Source: an uncultured delta proteobacterium (GTDB lineage Bacteria > Myxococcota > Myxococcia > Myxococcales > Myxococcaceae). Taken from it: a stretch of 64,000 bases of DNA. The stretch is from positions 229,475 to 293,474 of the forward strand of contig CAVYSY010000046.1 of assembly GCA_963771175.1 (NCBI GenBank). The letters run 5' to 3'. A program made the position numbers and the translations under genes. Positions 49,787 through 61,215 of this stretch are shown here, piece after piece; the stretch's first letter is position 1; every line of letters begins with the position of its first letter. The notes under the pieces were generated by a model. That model was not told where the DNA came from, did not search any database, and saw only the letters and a program-made list of their open reading frames with translations.

Positions 49787-50928
49787 GCCTTCTTGAAGAC
49801 TTCCCGGGCGATGATGGAGCGCTGGATCTCGCTGGTGCCCTCGCCGATCTCACACAGCTTGGCATCGCGCAGGTAGCGCTCGACGGGGAACTCGCGGGTG
49901 TAGCCGTAGCCGCCGTGGATCTGCACCGCCTTGTTGCAGGCCCGCGTGGCCACCTCGGAGGCGAACAGCTTCGCCATCGAGGCCTCCTGGCTGTACGGCT
50001 GGCCGGCATCGGCCAGCGCCGCCGCGCGGTGCACCAGCAGTCGCGCCGCGTCCGACTCCGTCTTCATGTCCGCGAACATCCAGCGCAGCGCCTGGAACTC
50101 GGCGATGGGCTGGCCGAAGGCCGTGCGCTCCGGGAGTAGCGAAGCGACTCCTCCAGCGCACCGCGAGCCAGGCCCACCGCCAGGGCGCCAATGGTGATGC
50201 GGCCCTTGTCGAGGATCTTCATCGTGTCGATGAAGCCGTGGTCCACCTCGCCCAGCCGCTGCGAGTCGGGCACTTCCACGTTCTCCAGCACCAGCTCCGC
50301 GGTGTCCGAGGAGCGCATGCCCAGCTTGCCGTGGATGGAGCGCTGGCTGAACCCGGGCAGCCCCTTCTCCAGGATGAAGGCGGTGACGCCCTTCTGCTTC
50401 TTCTCCGGAGAGGTGACCGCGAGCACCACGAACACGCTGCCCACGGTGCCCTGGGTGATGAACATCTTCGTGCCGTTGAGCACCCACTTGTCGCCCTTGC
50501 GGACGGCCGTGGTCTTCATGCCCGCCGGCGTCCGAGCCGCTGCCGGGCTCGGTCAGGCCCCAGGCGCCGAGGGACTCGCCGGTGGCCAGCTTGGGCAGGT
50601 ACTTGCGCCGCTGCTCGTCGTTGCCGAAGACGCGCAGGTGGCTGGTGCCCAGCCCGTTGTGGGAGGCCACGGTGAGGGCCAGCGAGCCGTCGTAGCGGGC
50701 GATCTCCTCGACCGCCACCGCCACCGCGAGCGAGTCCATGGCGGCGCCGCCGTACTCCTCGGACACCAGCATGCCCATCACGCCCAGCTCACCCAGCTCC
50801 CGCACCACCTCCAGCGGGAACTTCTCCTCCTTGTCCCACTCGCGCGCGTACGGCTTGACCTTGCGCTCGCAGAAGTCACGGAGGGAGGCCTGAAGGGCTC
50901 GATGGCTTTCGGGAAGTTCGAAGTCCAT
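49783..50928 (-). CDS. Acyl-CoA dehydrogenase (isovaleryl-CoA-like by context); frameshifted
   Basis: [50 protein letters not shown]. Confidence 0.88.
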   Translation of the reverse strand: MDFELPESHRALQASLRDFCERKVKPYAREWDKEEKFPLEVVRELGELGVMGMLVSEEYGGAAMDSLAVAVAVEEIARYDGSLALTVASHNGLGTSHLRVFGNDEQRRKYLPKLATGESLGAWGLTEPGSGSDAGGHEDHGRPQGRQVGAQRHEDVHHPGHRGQRVRGARGHLSGEEAEGRHRLHPGEGAARVQPALHPRQAGHALLGHRGAGAGERGSARLAAAGRGGPRLHRHDEDPRQGPHHHWRPGGGPGSRCAGGVASLLPERTAFGQPIAEFQALRWMFADMKTESDAARLLVHRAAALADAGQPYSQEASMAKLFASEVATRACNKAVQIHGGYGYTREFPVERYLRDAKLCEIGEGTSEIQRSIIAREVFKKA

Positions 50929-50963
50929 GTCGGGATGTATAGCAGAGGGTGGAGGGGGGACCA

Positions 50964-52493
50964 TCAAACCGGGTAGACGCCGTGCTTCTTCGTCTCCCGG
51001 GGCTGGAAGCGCCGGGAATACAGCTCATAACGCTGCACCAGCTCCTGGCGCAGCCGGTCGCCGGGGACGATCTCGTCCACCACCAGCTCGCTCGCCAGCT
51101 TGTAGATGTCCACGTCCTGACGGTACTCGTCCCGGAGCTGCTGGACGTAGGCGGCCCGCTCGGCCTCGGGCTTCTCCTGGATCTTGTTGAAGTAGACGGC
51201 GTTCACCGCCGCCTCCGGGCCCATCACGGCGATCATCGCCTGGGGCAGCGCCAGGGTGGCGTCCGGAGCGAAGCCCGGGCCGCTCATGGCGTACAGGCCC
51301 GCGCCGTACGCCTTGCGCACCACCACGCAGATCTTCGGCACGCTGGCCTCGGACACCGCCGAAATCATCTTCGCGCCCGCCCGGATGATGCCCGCGCGCT
51401 CCACCTTGGTGCCGATCATGAAGCCCGGCACGTCCGACAGGTACAGCAGCGGGATGTTGAAGGCGTCGCACAGCCAGATGAAGCGCGCCGCCTTGTCCGC
51501 CGAGTCCACGAAGAGCACGCCGCCCTTGTACTTGGGCTGGTTGGCGATGATGCCCACCGGACGGCCGTCGATGCGCGCCAGGCCGGTGATCAGCTCCTGG
51601 GCGAAGAGCTTCTTCACGTCGAACCAGCTCCCCTCGTCGATGAGCTCGTTGATGAGCGCATACATGTCGAAGGGCTTGTTCTGGTCCGCGGGGATGATCT
51701 CCTCCACCCGCTTGCCGCTGCTCTTGGGGGCCTTGGGCTCGGCCCGGGGAGGCGCCTGGGTGAAGTTCTCCGGGAAGTAGCTCAGGTACTTCTTGGCCGT
51801 CTCGATGGCCTCCTGCTCCGTCTTCACCAGCACGTCGCCCACGCCCGACACCGAGCAGTGCATCTTCGCCCCGCCCATCTCCTCCAGCGTCACCTTCTCG
51901 CCGATGACCATCTCGGCCATGCGCGGGCTGCCCAGGTACATGGAGGCGTTGCCGTCCACCATGATGACCAGATCGCAGAACGCCGGGATGTAGGCGCCGC
52001 CCGCCGCCGAGGGCCCGAAGAGGAGGCACACCTGCGGCACCTCTCCGGACATGTGCACCTCGTTGTAGAAGATGCGGCCCGCGCCTCGCCGGCCGGGGAA
52101 CATCTCCACCTGATCCGTGATGCGGGCCCCCGCCGAGTCCACCAGGTACAGCAGCGGACAGCGCAGCGACTTCGCCGTCTCCTGGATGCGGAGGATCTTC
52201 TCCACCGTCCGGGCGCCCCAGCTCCCCGCCTTCACCGTGGAGTCGTTGGCCATGATCGCCACGGTGCGCCCCGCCACCTTGCCCAGCCCGATGATGACGC
52301 CGTCCGAGGGCAGCTCCGGATCCACGTTGTTGGCGAGCCTGGCGTCCTCGATGAACGAGCCCTCGTCCACCAGCAGCCGGATGCGCTCGCGGGCGAACAG
52401 CTTGCCCGCCTCCCGGTTCTTCGCGTGGTATTTCTCGGCCCCGCCCTTCTCCACCTGGGCGATCTTCTCGAGCAGCGTCTGGTCGAATGACAT
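50964..52493 (-). CDS. Acyl-CoA carboxylase carboxyltransferase subunit (methylcrotonyl-CoA carboxylase beta-like)
   Basis: [46 protein letters not shown] tail. Confidence 0.9.
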   Translation of the reverse strand: MSFDQTLLEKIAQVEKGGAEKYHAKNREAGKLFARERIRLLVDEGSFIEDARLANNVDPELPSDGVIIGLGKVAGRTVAIMANDSTVKAGSWGARTVEKILRIQETAKSLRCPLLYLVDSAGARITDQVEMFPGRRGAGRIFYNEVHMSGEVPQVCLLFGPSAAGGAYIPAFCDLVIMVDGNASMYLGSPRMAEMVIGEKVTLEEMGGAKMHCSVSGVGDVLVKTEQEAIETAKKYLSYFPENFTQAPPRAEPKAPKSSGKRVEEIIPADQNKPFDMYALINELIDEGSWFDVKKLFAQELITGLARIDGRPVGIIANQPKYKGGVLFVDSADKAARFIWLCDAFNIPLLYLSDVPGFMIGTKVERAGIIRAGAKMISAVSEASVPKICVVVRKAYGAGLYAMSGPGFAPDATLALPQAMIAVMGPEAAVNAVYFNKIQEKPEAERAAYVQQLRDEYRQDVDIYKLASELVVDEIVPGDRLRQELVQRYELYSRRFQPRETKKHGVYPV

Positions 52494-52736
52494 GGCGGGC
52501 TGGGGCATAGCAGAAAGGTGCTCGCCTGGCTGCTGTCTCCGTTCACCCCCCTACTGGGCACACCGCGTCATGGCCTCGCGCTGCCTTCCAGCCGACGCCC
52601 GCCCCCTCCCCCAGGGGCCAGCACACTCCCCAGGGGGTGCCTCCCTCGCCCCACCTCCCTAGCTTGATGCCCGCAGGGGTGGACGACCGTGGGGGGAGTC
52701 CACCTCTCGTATGGCTGTGGCCAGGAGGAGGACGGA

Positions 52737-53081
52737 ATGCTGTTCGCGAAGAAGGCCAGGTGGGCGGTGAAGAGCGATGTGTACCGGAAGCTGCTCGCCC
52801 GGAAGATCATCAAGGACCTGCCCAGGTTCGCCAAGGATCAGTGGAAGGACTTCGATCCGGATGACGTGCTGCGCTACGTGGGTCTCACCACCTACAAGCC
52901 CGCTCGCAGCTCGTTCGCCGGCATCGGCGCGTTCGTCATCGGGTGCTGCGTCGGCGGCATCGCCGCCCTCATGCTCGCGCCCAAGCCCGGCACCGAGCTG
53001 CGCACCACCGTGAAGGACAAGGCCATGGGCTACCTCGGCAAGCAGGGCATCATCAGCCCGGAGAAGACCGCCAGCGCCTAG
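52737..53081 (+). CDS. YtxH domain-containing protein
   Basis: GAFVIGCCVGGIAALMLAPKPGTELR; RBS GGAGG upstream. Confidence 0.75.
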   Translation: MLFAKKARWAVKSDVYRKLLARKIIKDLPRFAKDQWKDFDPDDVLRYVGLTTYKPARSSFAGIGAFVIGCCVGGIAALMLAPKPGTELRTTVKDKAMGYLGKQGIISPEKTASA

Positions 53082-53281
53082 TAGTCGCTCGCGGCCCACC
53101 AGCCAGGGAGGGGGGCGCCAGCTTGTGCTCCCCTGCTTCGCCGGTGGGGACTCCCGCGAGGGACCTGGGAGCGTCCGACACGGGACGGGACGACGCCTCC
53201 TGGACTCCTCGCGCGAGGTAAGTCACTGAAATCACGGGGCTTCCTCGGAGTCTCCCGCCGCCGGACTCCCCTGCCCCGCCG

Positions 53282-54520
53282 CTAGTACACGCGCAGCAGC
53301 TCGGTCCGGATGTCGAAGTGCGGCCTCCGGACGTCCGGGATGATCACCTCGCCGCGCGTCTCCTCGAAGTTGCCCGACAGCAGCCCCAGCGGAAACAGCG
53401 CCGAGATGTAGGCCGCGTCCGAGGCGTCGAGCTCCTCCAGCTTCGAGAACTTGATCGTGCGCGAGAAGCTCACGTGTCCCTCGATGCCCCAGACACTGCG
53501 CACATTGCCCTTCGTCCTCGCGGCGAAGTGCTCGGACGCGGGGCCGAGCACCGCCAACGACGTGGGCACGCGCTCGGTGACGTACGCATCGAAGAGGGGG
53601 TTGCCCGAGCTCTCCACCAGCTTCACCGACAGCACCTGGCCCGTGCGGGACTGCTCCAGCTCCAGCTTCACGTGCAGCGCTCCGGCGCGCCGGTTGTACG
53701 TCTCCAGTATGTCCACCGTGGAGGGCCTCGTCCGGGCTCGCGCCCCCGCCGTCCCCGAGCGTGCCACGTCCTCCAGCCGATCCGTCCCCGAGGGGCCGCC
53801 TCCCGCCTCGTCCGGGCTGCCGCTCGCGCCATAGCGCTCGACGCTCGTGAGCAGATCGCGCAAGGACTTGCCGCGCTCGGGCGTGGCCTTGAAGAAGTGC
53901 TCGAGCACCCCCTGGTACGCGAAGAGCGGCGCGCCGGAGAGCCCCTTCTCCAGGGCCTTGTCCATATCCCCGAAGAAGCTGTCCACGAGGCCGTTCTGCA
54001 CGCGCAGGCTCGCCATCCCGTCGTCGAGGAAGCCCTGGACTCGGCCCCGCACCCGCTCGCCTTCCTCCGCGAGGAGCTGCTCCGGCGAGGGCCCGTCACC
54101 CGGTCGCAGCGTGCGCCCGGTGGAGCTCCCTGGCGTCGTGGGGACTCCGGTCACGGGGAGTCCCCCAGGACCCGGAAACAAGCGCACCGAGCGCGGCGCA
54201 TCCGGCACGGTCTCGGTCGGAGGTGGAGCGGGCGCGGGGGTGACCGGAGGCGGGGCGGCGGCCGTAGCGCTCGGGGGTGGTGTCGAGGGAGGGGTCGCGG
54301 CGCGCGGAGGTCGGGAGGCGTTTCTCGGCGGCCGGGGAGGCGCGGGTTCCGGTACCGAGGGCGTGGGCGGCGTGCGCACGACCACCTCGACCTGGAGTGG
54401 CTCATGGAGCGCAGGCGGACGCGTGCTCTCGGGCGACGGCGCCAGGAACAGCACGAGCCCCAGGCCCAGGTGGAGGGCCAACGAGAGGAGTAGTGCCAGG
54501 ACCAGGCGCGAGCGCCGCAT
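53282..54520 (-). CDS. TonB/TolA-like protein (TM, Pro-rich linker, TonB_C-like domain)
   Basis: SLALH TM motif; Pro-rich stretch; VKLVESSGNPLFDAYV. Confidence 0.65.
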   Translation of the reverse strand: MRRSRLVLALLLSLALHLGLGLVLFLAPSPESTRPPALHEPLQVEVVVRTPPTPSVPEPAPPRPPRNASRPPRAATPPSTPPPSATAAAPPPVTPAPAPPPTETVPDAPRSVRLFPGPGGLPVTGVPTTPGSSTGRTLRPGDGPSPEQLLAEEGERVRGRVQGFLDDGMASLRVQNGLVDSFFGDMDKALEKGLSGAPLFAYQGVLEHFFKATPERGKSLRDLLTSVERYGASGSPDEAGGGPSGTDRLEDVARSGTAGARARTRPSTVDILETYNRRAGALHVKLELEQSRTGQVLSVKLVESSGNPLFDAYVTERVPTSLAVLGPASEHFAARTKGNVRSVWGIEGHVSFSRTIKFSKLEELDASDAAYISALFPLGLLSGNFEETRGEVIIPDVRRPHFDIRTELLRVY

Positions 54521-54566
54521 ACACCGCCAACGCTGACAGAGATGCGCCCTCCACACAAAGTACGGC

Positions 54567-56003
54567 TCAGGGACCCGCCGTGCCAAAGACGCTGTCGGAC
54601 ATGTAGCTCAAGGTCAGCCGAAGGCCTCTACCACCGAGCGCCTGATAATGGGTCGGGCCGAAGTCATAGACGCGCAGGGCCATGGGCAACTCGAACCCCA
54701 CCGCGAAGTGAGGCGCGACCCGGACAGCGCCATCCCAGACGACGTAGGTGATGGATTCGAAGCCCTCCCGGGGTTCCGTATACGCACCAGTCACCCACCA
54801 GTTCCTGGCCCGCATCCGGAGCATTCCCAGTCCCCGGTGGACGAGCTTCGCCTCCAGGACGGCCTGCGCCCCCGGACCGATGTGATAGTCGCGGACGAGC
54901 TCCGACTCGAGGTCGAGGCGTCCCGCCGCGGCGAAGCCCAGTCCTCCCAGGATGGCGGTGCCCTGCAGGAACACCTTGTCGGTGAGGCGCGTCCGCAGGG
55001 TCGTCCCCACCCCTACCCCCACGGACGACACTCGGACGATGTCGTTCGCTCCGAAGTCGTAGAGGCCGAACAGCCCCCAGAGGCCCTGCGTCGAGCTCGC
55101 CTCACCGCCGTACTGGTCGCCCGCGAGGAGTCCACGGATGTAGAGATTCCCCGTCGAGACGCCCGGGAAGGTCAGACTCGCGTGCGCGTCGAAGTGGGAG
55201 AAGGGATGACGGTAACGCCAGCGGAAATCACCCGGAGCACCATAGGTGAGCTCCCCCGATAACGTGACCTGTGGCCCCTGGCGGATGAGCGGGCGAGGCG
55301 CATCTCCGGTTATATCAACGAGGCGGGTCATCAGACTCACGCCAGGGGTGAGCACGAAGGAGATCGGCGGAGCCCGATCGATGTCGCCCGGATCCGTCTC
55401 GCCTCCGAAGATCCAATCGTTCAGGGACGACGCCGGGCTGATGAGCAGTCCCGCGAGCTTGCGGGTCACACTCACCTGCCCCCCAGCATCCTCCATCAGG
55501 GAAACGTAGGTCCGGTGGAGGACCTCGCCCAGGAAGATTCCGCCGAGCGTCGTGGTGATCTGATCATTGATGGAGGGCGGTTCGTTCTCGGCGAAGTACT
55601 CCCACCCGAGGCTCGCGACGAAGGTGTAGAGACCCGCCTGCCAGAAGGGCACGCCCGACGAACGCGCCGCGGCGTGGTCGATCGAGCCATGGTACGGGTG
55701 CGCGAACTGGTTCGTGACGAAATGATCGACATCGAAGGTCCAGCCAGCGCTGCCATCGAGGTGGCTGCGCACCGTGGCCCAGGAGATCAGCGCGAATGAC
55801 TGCTTCGTCAGGAGGTTGTTGAAGGCGAAGAGGCCGAGGTTCATCGCCGCCGACTCGAAGGCCGGGATGAGATAGTCCCTCCGCACTGGAGCATCCGCGG
55901 GCGGATGGGCCGAGGGCGTTTCCGGCTCGACGATGGGTGGGAGCTCGGCGCGCGCGAGCGTTCCACAGACGCATAACAGCCCCAGCAGTCCGCTCCACTT
56001 CAC
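54567..56003 (-). CDS. DUF3943 domain-containing exported protein
   Basis: DHFVTNQFAHPYHGS…ARSSG…WEYFAENEPPSINDQITTTLGG…GEVLHR. Confidence 0.75.
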   Translation of the reverse strand: MKWSGLLGLLCVCGTLARAELPPIVEPETPSAHPPADAPVRRDYLIPAFESAAMNLGLFAFNNLLTKQSFALISWATVRSHLDGSAGWTFDVDHFVTNQFAHPYHGSIDHAAARSSGVPFWQAGLYTFVASLGWEYFAENEPPSINDQITTTLGGIFLGEVLHRTYVSLMEDAGGQVSVTRKLAGLLISPASSLNDWIFGGETDPGDIDRAPPISFVLTPGVSLMTRLVDITGDAPRPLIRQGPQVTLSGELTYGAPGDFRWRYRHPFSHFDAHASLTFPGVSTGNLYIRGLLAGDQYGGEASSTQGLWGLFGLYDFGANDIVRVSSVGVGVGTTLRTRLTDKVFLQGTAILGGLGFAAAGRLDLESELVRDYHIGPGAQAVLEAKLVHRGLGMLRMRARNWWVTGAYTEPREGFESITYVVWDGAVRVAPHFAVGFELPMALRVYDFGPTHYQALGGRGLRLTLSYMSDSVFGTAGP

Positions 56004-56419
56004 GGGAACGTCCCTGACAGGGACACTCCCCTCCCGCTCGGGGCGACCCTTACCGTCGCGGACCCCGCGCCCGGTCTCTCCGGAGTCCAACTCCACATCA
56101 CCACCGAGACTCCCACGGCGCACGCCCCGACGAGCGTCAGCGCCATCCCGCCCAACTGACGCTGCTGGGCTGTAATCCGCTCCGCCGCCTGGAGCTCGGA
56201 GGGGCTCTGGCTGGTCGGGGCCGCGGCTCCCCACTGAAAGTTGCCGACGAGCCACAACACCGTTCCGGAGAGCGCGAGACTCGCTCCGACACCGGCCATG
56301 AGCGGGGCTCGAGACCGCGCGGGAGCGGCTTCAACGACCGGAGCGGGGCCGGCATCCCGCGAGGACGTGGAGGCCGGCGCTGCTCCCATCAACATCGCGC
56401 ACAGCAAGGGGGTGATCAT
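56000..56419 (-). CDS. Small hypothetical membrane protein
   Basis: Signal-like start, two hydrophobic helices, C-terminal VSLSGTFP; 4-bp overlaps with both neighbours. Confidence 0.6.
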   Translation of the reverse strand: MITPLLCAMLMGAAPASTSSRDAGPAPVVEAAPARSRAPLMAGVGASLALSGTVLWLVGNFQWGAAAPTSQSPSELQAAERITAQQRQLGGMALTLVGACAVGVSVVMWSWTPERPGAGSATVRVAPSGRGVSLSGTFP

Positions 56420-57060
56420 GGGCGTGGGGCGGCGCCATCGAGGAAGCAGCGCAATAAGGGGGCAATGGCCTCATCGACCGGGCGGGGTTGCTTCAGGACG
56501 AGCTGCTGGTGGAGGACGCCCTGGACCATGCCCAGCAGCAGCGTGGGGTAGTGACTGGCGTCCTCGGGCCGCAAGGCGCCCTGCTTCAGGCCTTCCTGGT
56601 TGAGCAGCTCGACCCGGCTGGACAGCTCGCGCGACATCTCCTGGTGACCGCACCGATCCGAGTCATTGGGACGGCCCTGGCGCATTCCCTCCTCCATGAG
56701 CACGCTGAACAGCCGGAAGTGGGACTGGGCATGCTCCAGGATGCAGCGGAGGAAACCATACAGCCGGGCGCGGTAGGGCGCGCCCTGACTCCGCTCCAGC
56801 TCCGCGTCGAGCATGGCCAGCAGCTCCCGCGCGCGCACCTCGAGCAGTGCCCGCAGAAGCTGCTGCCGATCCTCGAAGTAGTTATAGAGCGTCCCGACCG
56901 AGACCCCCACCTGCGCGGCGATGTCATCCATGCGCGGGGCGTGGAGACCGTCCCTGGCCAGCACCTGCTCGGCCGCGTCGAGGATGGCGGCCCGCGCCTC
57001 CTCCTTCATCCGCATCCGGAGTGATTGAGGTTTGGTTCGGGATGTTGAACGCGGGTTCAT
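56416..57060 (-). CDS. TetR/AcrR family transcriptional regulator
   Basis: ILDAAEQVLARDGLHAPRMDDIAAQVGVSVGTLYNYFEDR. Confidence 0.9.
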   Translation of the reverse strand: MNPRSTSRTKPQSLRMRMKEEARAAILDAAEQVLARDGLHAPRMDDIAAQVGVSVGTLYNYFEDRQQLLRALLEVRARELLAMLDAELERSQGAPYRARLYGFLRCILEHAQSHFRLFSVLMEEGMRQGRPNDSDRCGHQEMSRELSSRVELLNQEGLKQGALRPEDASHYPTLLLGMVQGVLHQQLVLKQPRPVDEAIAPLLRCFLDGAAPRP

Positions 57061-57188
57061 TTTTATGAGTCTGGATATATAGCCGCTGAACTTCGGCTGC
57101 AACACCGCCGCCTCCAATTCCGCCAATCCCCGCACATCCCACCACTTCTGCCCTGTCAGCACACACAGCAAGAATGGAAAATTGCGGC

Positions 57189-57217
57189 TTGACGGCACTG
57201 ACGGATTTAATTAGAAA
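57189..57217 (+). promoter_or_regulatory. Putative promoter of the M4 peptidase gene
   Basis: TTGACG-N17-TAGAAA in an AT-rich divergent intergenic region. Confidence 0.45.
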
Positions 57218-57265
57218 ACAAGGAACAGCTCGACAACACCGTTGAGCAGGAGAGAGGAACTCGCC

Positions 57266-59052
57266 ATGCGCACTCGCCGTCTCGTTTCCATCCTCCCCCT
57301 CATGCTCCTGGGCAGTGCCTGCGGCGTCGACATGGACGTCGACACTCAGGCCACCGGGACTCAGGACAGCAACCTGGCCGCCGCCGCCGAAGGGCGTGGC
57401 CTCGCAGCGCTCAAGTCGCAGCGGCCGGACTTCCTCCGCGGCGCGGGTGACCTCTCCTCCAAGCGCGCGCTGGTCGATCGAGCGCGGCAAGTCGCACGAG
57501 CGCCTGTCGCAGTCCTTCCGGGGCGTGCCCGTCTTCGGCGCCGAGGCGATCGTCCACCTGAACGATGACGGCTCCATCGCGTCCATCACCGACCGTCTGG
57601 CCCGCGACCTCAAGGTCGAGACCACGCCCAAGCTCCGCGCGGACGAGGCCACGCAGATCGCCATCGCCCACGTGGGCGGCGCGAGCGCCCTGGTGGGCAC
57701 GCCGAAGGCGGACCTGCAGATCCTCCCCGAGAGCACTGGCGCGCCGCCTGACCTACCGGGTGCAGCTCGAGGCCGTCACGGCCAAGGGCGAGCCCTCGAT
57801 GCCGAACCTCTTCATCGACGCGCAGACCGGCGAGCTCGTGGAGTCAGTTCGACAACCTGAAGACGAGCCGCAACCGCAAGACCTACACGGCCAGCACCCG
57901 CACGAGCGCTGCCCGGCACGCTGGTGCGCACCGAGGGCCAGGGCGCCTCGGGCGACGCCGTGCTGGACGCGGCCCACGACAACGCGGGCATCACGTACGA
58001 CTTCTACTTCAGCCGGTTCGGCCGCGACAGCTACAACGGCGCCGGCGCCACCCTCACCTCGACCGTCCACTACAGCAGGAACTACGTGAACGCGTACTGG
58101 AACGGGACGCAGATGGTGTACGGCGACGGCGACGGCTCGCAGTCCGGCCCGCTGACGGTGCTCGACGTGGTGGGCCATGAGCTCACCCACGCCGTGACCG
58201 ACACCTCCTCGGACCTCATCTACTCCAACGAGTCGGGCGCCCTGAACGAGGCCATGTCCGACGTCTTCGGCGCCTCCATCGAGGCCTACCGGGACGGCGC
58301 GGTCAGCGCCAACACCTGGAAGATCGGCGAGGAGTGCTGGACGCCGGCCACCGCGGGCGACGCGCTGCGCTACATGAACGACCCGGCCCTCGCTGGCGAC
58401 TACGACTACTACCCGACGCGCTACACGGGCACCTCCGACAACGGCGGCGTGCACTGGAACTCGGGTATCGCCAACCTGGCGTTCAAGCTGATGGTCACCG
58501 GCGGCACGCACCCGCGCGGCAAGACGAGCAACGTGGTGCCCGCGCTCGACGCGAACCCGTACCTCAGCATCGAGAAGGGCGCGGCCATCTTCTACCGCGC
58601 CAACACGGTGTACCTGACCCCGAGCAGCACCTTCGCGGACGCGCGCAACGCCACGGCGCAGGCCGCCGCCGACCTGTACGGCTCGGCCGCCGCCACCGCG
58701 GTCAACGAGGCCTGGACCGCGGTGGGCGTGGGCGCGCCCCCGATCTGGACGGCGTTCGACACCAAGACCAACCTCTCGGGCGCCAAGAGCAGCAGCACGA
58801 ACTTCAGCTACGTCACGCCGACCGGCGCGACGGCGATGAAGTTCGAGATGTCCGGCGGCACGGGTGACGCCGACCTGTACGTGAAGTTCGGCAGCGCGCC
58901 CACCACCACCAGCTACGACTGCCGTCCGCGGGCGCCGCCGGCAACGCCGAGAGCTGCACCTTCAACGCGGCGCAGCAGGGCACGTACTACGTCATGATCA
59001 GCGGCTACACGGCCTACTCCGGCCTCACCTCAAGGTGAGCTCCGCGCAGTAA
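57266..59052 (+). CDS. M4 (thermolysin-like) metallopeptidase with FTP/PepSY propeptide and C-terminal PPC domain; frameshifted
   Basis: Lipobox-like GSAC; NAYWNGTQMVYGDG; HELTH; NESGALNEAMSD; GGVHWNSG; SGGTGDADLYVKFG…YDCRP. Confidence 0.92.
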
Positions 59053-59075
59053 TCCCGAGCAGCACTGAATTCCTC

Positions 59076-59119
59076 AGCCGGCGCGGCTGCCACTCCTGGC
59101 GGTCGCGCCGGTTGTCTTT
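59076..59119 (+). terminator. Probable terminator after the M4 peptidase gene
   Basis: AGCCGGCGCGGCTGCCA-ctcc-TGGCGGTCGCGCCGGTT stem followed by GTCTTT. Confidence 0.6.
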
Positions 59120-59231
59120 GCGGGCCTTTTCCCCGCGGAGCGCGACGGGCCACCTCGAAGGTGCACTTGGGGCACGCGGTATGTCGGTTCCGGAGACCCT
59201 GTAGACTGCGCTCCCTCCCCGTGCCGCACCC

Positions 59232-61215
59232 ATGAAGACGCCCTCGGTTTTTCTCTCGTTCGTGCTGGTGGCACTGGCCGCGTGCCAGGGCCATACGGAC
59301 ATGGGCGTGGGCCCGCGCCTGGGGCTCGCGATGGAGTCGCCGGGCCTGGGCGCGCTGGCCTCGGCACACTCCGGGGCCGAGGCGCTGGAGGGGACGAGCG
59401 AGGTGCGCATCCAGGCGTGGGCGGCGGCGCGCCGGCTGAAGCACACGGGCGCGTGGCTGGCGCTCGGGCTGCGCGTGGAGGGCGAGCGGGTGCAGTTGCT
59501 CGCCGTACGCGCTCACGAGGGGACGGGCGCCGAGGCGGGCCCGGTGGAGACGGAGGACTTCCGCCGCCTGGTGGACTGGGCGCTGTACCGCTACGTGCGG
59601 GGCCAGCGGGGCGACGTGGTGGTGACGCTGCGTCGCGGTGAGGGCATGTGGCGCGAGGAGGTGGAGTCCACGGGCCCGGTGCTCTCGGCCGCCCTGCCCC
59701 AGGCGCCCTACGAGGCCTTCCTTCGCCACCAGGGGGAGGCGTTGCAAGCCCCCGGCCTCTCCGAGGCGGCGCGCCGCGAGGGCCTGTCGGCCCTCAAGAA
59801 GCTGGAGGGCCAGCTGTGGCTGCAACCCGAGGAGGCGCTGACGACGGCGCCCTCGCCCCTGGCGCGGTACGCGGCGCTGCTGGAGGAGGAGCGGCAGCGC
59901 GAGGTGCGCTGGCGGGCGGTGCAGCGCAAGCTGGCCGAGTACGAGACGTGGGGCAGAAAGCTGCTGGACACCTACGCCCCGCCCCCTCGCCGTCTGGCGC
60001 CGGGCTACCTGCTGAGCGAGTCGCCCCTGCGCGAGCACTCGCTGCGCGCCCTGGGCAATGCCACGCTGGCCTGGGCCTACTCGCATACGGAGGACCCGGA
60101 TTTCCTCCGGCGCACTCCCGAGGAGGTGGCCCTCTATCTGCTGGCGAGTCGCTCGGCCCTGGCCAGCGCGGTGCAACTGGGGCGACTGGCTCCGGTGCAA
60201 TTGGATTACAACGAGGCCTTCGACCCGGAGACCTACCCCGCCGAGGACCTGGTGCTGGAGCTGCTGGTGGGCCTGACACCGGGCGCTGGCGAGGTGACGG
60301 ACGCGCAGGCGGCCGTCACCGGCTACAGCCTCACCGGCCACGCCCTCACTCGCACCGAGCGCGTGGTGTGTGCACTGGGCGTGCTGCTGCCCTTCGTCAC
60401 CGGCGCCGTGCTGATGAAGGCCGGCGAGGAGGGGGCCGCGCGGCTGGCGTTGCTCACCGGCCGGGGCCTGGACGAGGTGGAGGTGCTCTCGCGCGTGGCC
60501 TCGCACCTGTCTCCCGCGGACGCCAAGGAGATTGAGCGCCTGCTGGCGGCGGCCTCCCGGGGCCACTCCTTCACCGAGGAGGAGTTGCACTTCCTCGAGC
60601 GGGTGGCTCGCGGCCTGGAGGCCCCGTTGCGCGAGGCGGCCGGGGCCCTGAGGGCGAGCCAGAAGGTGCCGCTGCTGGGCGTGCGCACCCTGCCGGACGG
60701 CAGCCGGCTGCTGCCCGGCACCCGTGCCCACAAGGCCCAGCGCTGGGTGGACTACCAGTTCCGCCACCCGGAGAAGTACCGCCGCTTCTCCTTCCAGCCG
60801 GACCCGGACTGGGAGCGCATGTACGAGACCATCCTGAAGAACCGGCCGGCGGGCAACGCCTTCGAGGACTCCATCCTCCAGGCCAACCAGTACGAGCGCA
60901 ACACCGCGATGATGATGCCGCCACCGGGCAGCGGCGCCCGGGGCTTCATCCCCGACTCGGTGAAGGGCAACCCGGCGGAGCTGGTTTGGGGGCAGCCCTA
61001 CCCCTTCGTCGAGTCCAAGGCCCGCAAGGAACTCTCCCTCTCCGGCAACCTCAAGGCGATGATTGACTACGTGGACAAATACGGCGGTCACCTCGAACTG
61101 TGGGTCCGCTCCGCCAAGCATCCCGATGGGGCTACACATCTGTCCGGATCCACTCCTGAATGAATTGACCCGTCTGTCAAGCAGGGCAAGGCAATCATTC
61201 AGACGTTACCCATGA
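59232..61215 (+). CDS. Putative polymorphic lipoprotein toxin (lipobox, pre-toxin TG domain, PD-(D/E)xK nuclease-like tip); copy 1
   Basis: Lipobox LAAC; VGLTPGAGEVTDAQAAVTGYSLTGHALTRTER (PT-TG pattern); GNAFE…FIPDSV…FVESK…LSLSGNL; ORF stops at 61163, but a +1 shift near 61149 gives …GPLLNELTRL…RYP* ending at 61215. Confidence 0.75.
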
